Source of the DNA: Pristiophorus japonicus
Taxonomy: Eukaryota
NCBI RefSeq assembly: GCF_044704955.1
Contig: NC_091989.1
Location: 186,992,001 to 187,056,000, forward strand
Length of the DNA stretch: 64,000 nt
Direction: 5' to 3'
Below are positions 62,214 through 64,000 of the stretch, one piece after another. Made by a program: the position numbers and the translations under genes. The notes under the pieces are model-generated. The model was not told the origin of the DNA. It saw only the letters and a list, made by a program, of their open reading frames with translations, and ran no database searches. Numbering within the stretch: position 1 is the first letter of the stretch; each line of letters opens with the position of its first letter.

Positions 62214-63330
62214 GAAGGAGAGAGCGAGGGAGGGGGAAGGAGAGCACGAGGGAGGGGAAAGGAGAGCGCGAGGGAGGGGGAAAGAGAGCACGAGGGAGGG
62301 GAAAGGAGAGCGCGAGGGAGGGGGAAGGAGAGAGCGAGGGAGGGGGAAGGAGAGAGCGAGGGGGGGAAAGGAGAGAGTGAGAGAGGGGGGGAAGGAGAGA
62401 GCAAGGGGGGGGAAGGAGAGAGCGAGAGAGTGGGGGGGAAGGAGAGAGCGAGAGAGGGGGGGGGGAAGGAGAGAGCGAGAGAGGGGGGGAAGGAGAGAGC
62501 GAGGGGGGGAAGGAGAGAGCGAGAGAGGGGGGGAAGGAGAGAGCGAGAGGGGGGGGAAGGAGAGAGCGAGAGAGGGGGGGAAGGAGAGAGTGAGAGGGGG
62601 CGCAAGGAGAGAGCGAGAGATGGGGGAAGGAGAGAGCGAGGGGGGGGGAAGGAAAGAGCGAGAGAGGGGAGGAAGGAGAAAGCGAGGGGGGGGAAGGAGA
62701 GAGCGAGAGAAGGGGGAAGGAGAAAGCGAGAGAGGGAGGGAAGGCGAGAGCGAGAGTGGGGGGGAAAGGAGAGAGCAAGAGAGGGGGGGGGAAGGAGAGA
62801 GCGAGGGAGGGGGGGAAGGAGAGAGCGAGAGAGGGAGGGAAGGAGAGAGCGAGAGGGAGGGAAGGAGAGAGCGAGAGGGGGGGTGAAGGAGAGGGCAAGA
62901 GAGGGGGGGAAGGAGAGAGCGAGGGGGGGGAAGGAGAGAGCGAGAGAGGGAGGGAAGGAGAGAGCGAGAGAGGGGGGAAGGAGAAAGCGAGAGAGGGGGG
63001 GAAGGAGAGAGCGAGAGAGGGGGGAAGGAGACAGCAAGAGAGGGGGGGAAGGAGAGAGCGAGAGAGGGGGGAAGGAGAGAGCGAGAGGGGGGAAGGAGAG
63101 AGCGAGAGAGGGGGGAAGGAGAGAGTGAGAGGGGGGGGAAGGAGAGAGCGAGAGAGGGGGGAAGGAGACAGCGAGAGAGGGGGGGCGGAAGGAGAGAGCG
63201 AGAGAGGGGGGAAGGAGACAGCGAGAGAGGGGGGAAGGAGACAGTGAGAGAGGGGGGAAGGAGACAGCGAGAGAGGCGGGGGGAAGGAGAGAGCAAGAGA
63301 GGGGGAGGGAAGGAGGCAGCGAGAGGGAGA
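62214..63330. repeat. Polypurine (GA-rich) tandem repeat
   Basis: GGGGAAGGAGAGAGCGAGAGA units. Confidence 0.92.
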
Positions 63331-63459
63331 GAGCCTGTCCGATGAGTGACTGCCCCCAGTGTTCCCCCACCGTGCCCTCCCCCTCACTGTGTTGAGATGT
63401 TGCTGGCCGTGGAAGGCCCACAGGAAACTCTAACAGCCCCAATTGCTCACTGGTTTCAG

Positions 63460-63602
63460 GATTGGCGCCGGACGGGACAGGAGAGGAAGGGAAGGAGGAA
63501 GCGGGAGATTGGGATGGAGACGGGAACGTGCTGACAGTCGCTGCCTTCACCATTCTCTTTATTCTCAGTTTTCTCTACAGCACCTTCGTCACCATCGTCA
63601 AG
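63460..63602 (+). CDS. IgW: IgW TM1 exon
   Basis: TTTCAG|GA; acidic spacer, then VLTVAAFTILFILSFLYSTFVTIVK (CART-type F..LF..S..YST motif); AAG|GTAACC. Confidence 0.92.
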
Positions 63603-63754
63603 GTAACCAGACTTTGCCTGTCACATGAGCAACACCTGAGACATCCCATAATGCCCATGGTGTGACCTGCCATTTATCGCCACATCTGATTATCTGACTG
63701 AGATCCCGAGTATCACCCACTGGGAGCAGTCGTCAGTGCAGTGTAGGCCGACCC

Positions 63755-64000
63755 AATCTGTGGGTCCCTGAACCTTCACCCCCGACCCCCCGACACAACC
63801 TGTGGTTCCTTGGACCTTCACCCCCCGACCCCCCCGACCCAACCTGTGGGTCCTTGAACCTTCACCCCCGACCCCCCGACACAACCTGTGGTTCCTTGGA
63901 CCTTCACCCCCCCGACCCAACCTGTGGGTCCTTGAACCTTCACCCCCCGACCCAACCTGTGGGTCCTTGAACCTTCACCCCCGACCCCCCCGACCCAACC
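63755..64000. repeat. C-rich minisatellite
   Basis: AACCTGTGGGTCCTTGAACCTTCACCCCCGACCC. Confidence 0.8.

Larger units (their letters stand above)
488..63602 (+). other. IgW: Germline immunoglobulin heavy-chain cluster, IgW-type (L-V-D1-D2-J-CH1-CH2-secS-CH3-CH4-CH5-CH6/secL-TM1)
   Basis: One V, two D and one J with RSSs followed by six C1-set exons, two secretory tails and a TM exon: cartilaginous-fish cluster organisation. Six CH domains plus a Cys-rich short tail after CH2 indicate IgW rather than IgM (4 CH) or IgNAR (5 C, 3 D). Confidence 0.92.

Noticed and set aside
488-63602. IgM or IgNAR identity
   Set aside because: Six CH exons, two D segments, a full FR2/CDR2-containing V, a CH1 with light-chain Cys and a Cys-rich short tail all fit IgW
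63603-64000. TM2 exon
   Set aside because: No convincing phase-0 acceptor followed by a short V-K-stop type exon; probably beyond the window

Overview
Eukaryotic (cartilaginous-fish, shark/ray-type) genomic DNA containing one nearly complete, unrearranged immunoglobulin heavy-chain cluster on the + strand, best matching IgW (the IgD orthologue). Order: leader (488-533), VH (642-935, 23-RSS), D1 (12/23 RSS), D2 (12/12 RSS), JH (12691-12738), CH1, CH2, a separate Cys-rich short secretory-tail exon (41913-42043, absent from the ORF track), CH3, CH4, CH5, CH6 with long secretory tailpiece, and TM1 (63460-63602). TM2 was not identified and probably lies beyond the window. All exons are open and splice-phase compatible. 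Most of the remaining sequence is CR1, RTE, L2, RTEX- and Tx1-like LINEs, one Gypsy LTR element, tRNA-derived SINEs and many minisatellites; most long ORFs in the track are repeat artefacts. Most notable: a ~10 kb nest of retroelements inside the RAG-deleted V-D interval, a degenerate JH nonamer, candidate unannotated exons or isoforms (6-nt microexon, Pro/Ala hinge-like exon, in-frame retainable CH3-CH4 intron), and G-rich or WGCW-bearing tandem arrays placed around the switch-equivalent intron and the poly(A) sites. All calls were made by eye; TE family names and boundaries are approximate.
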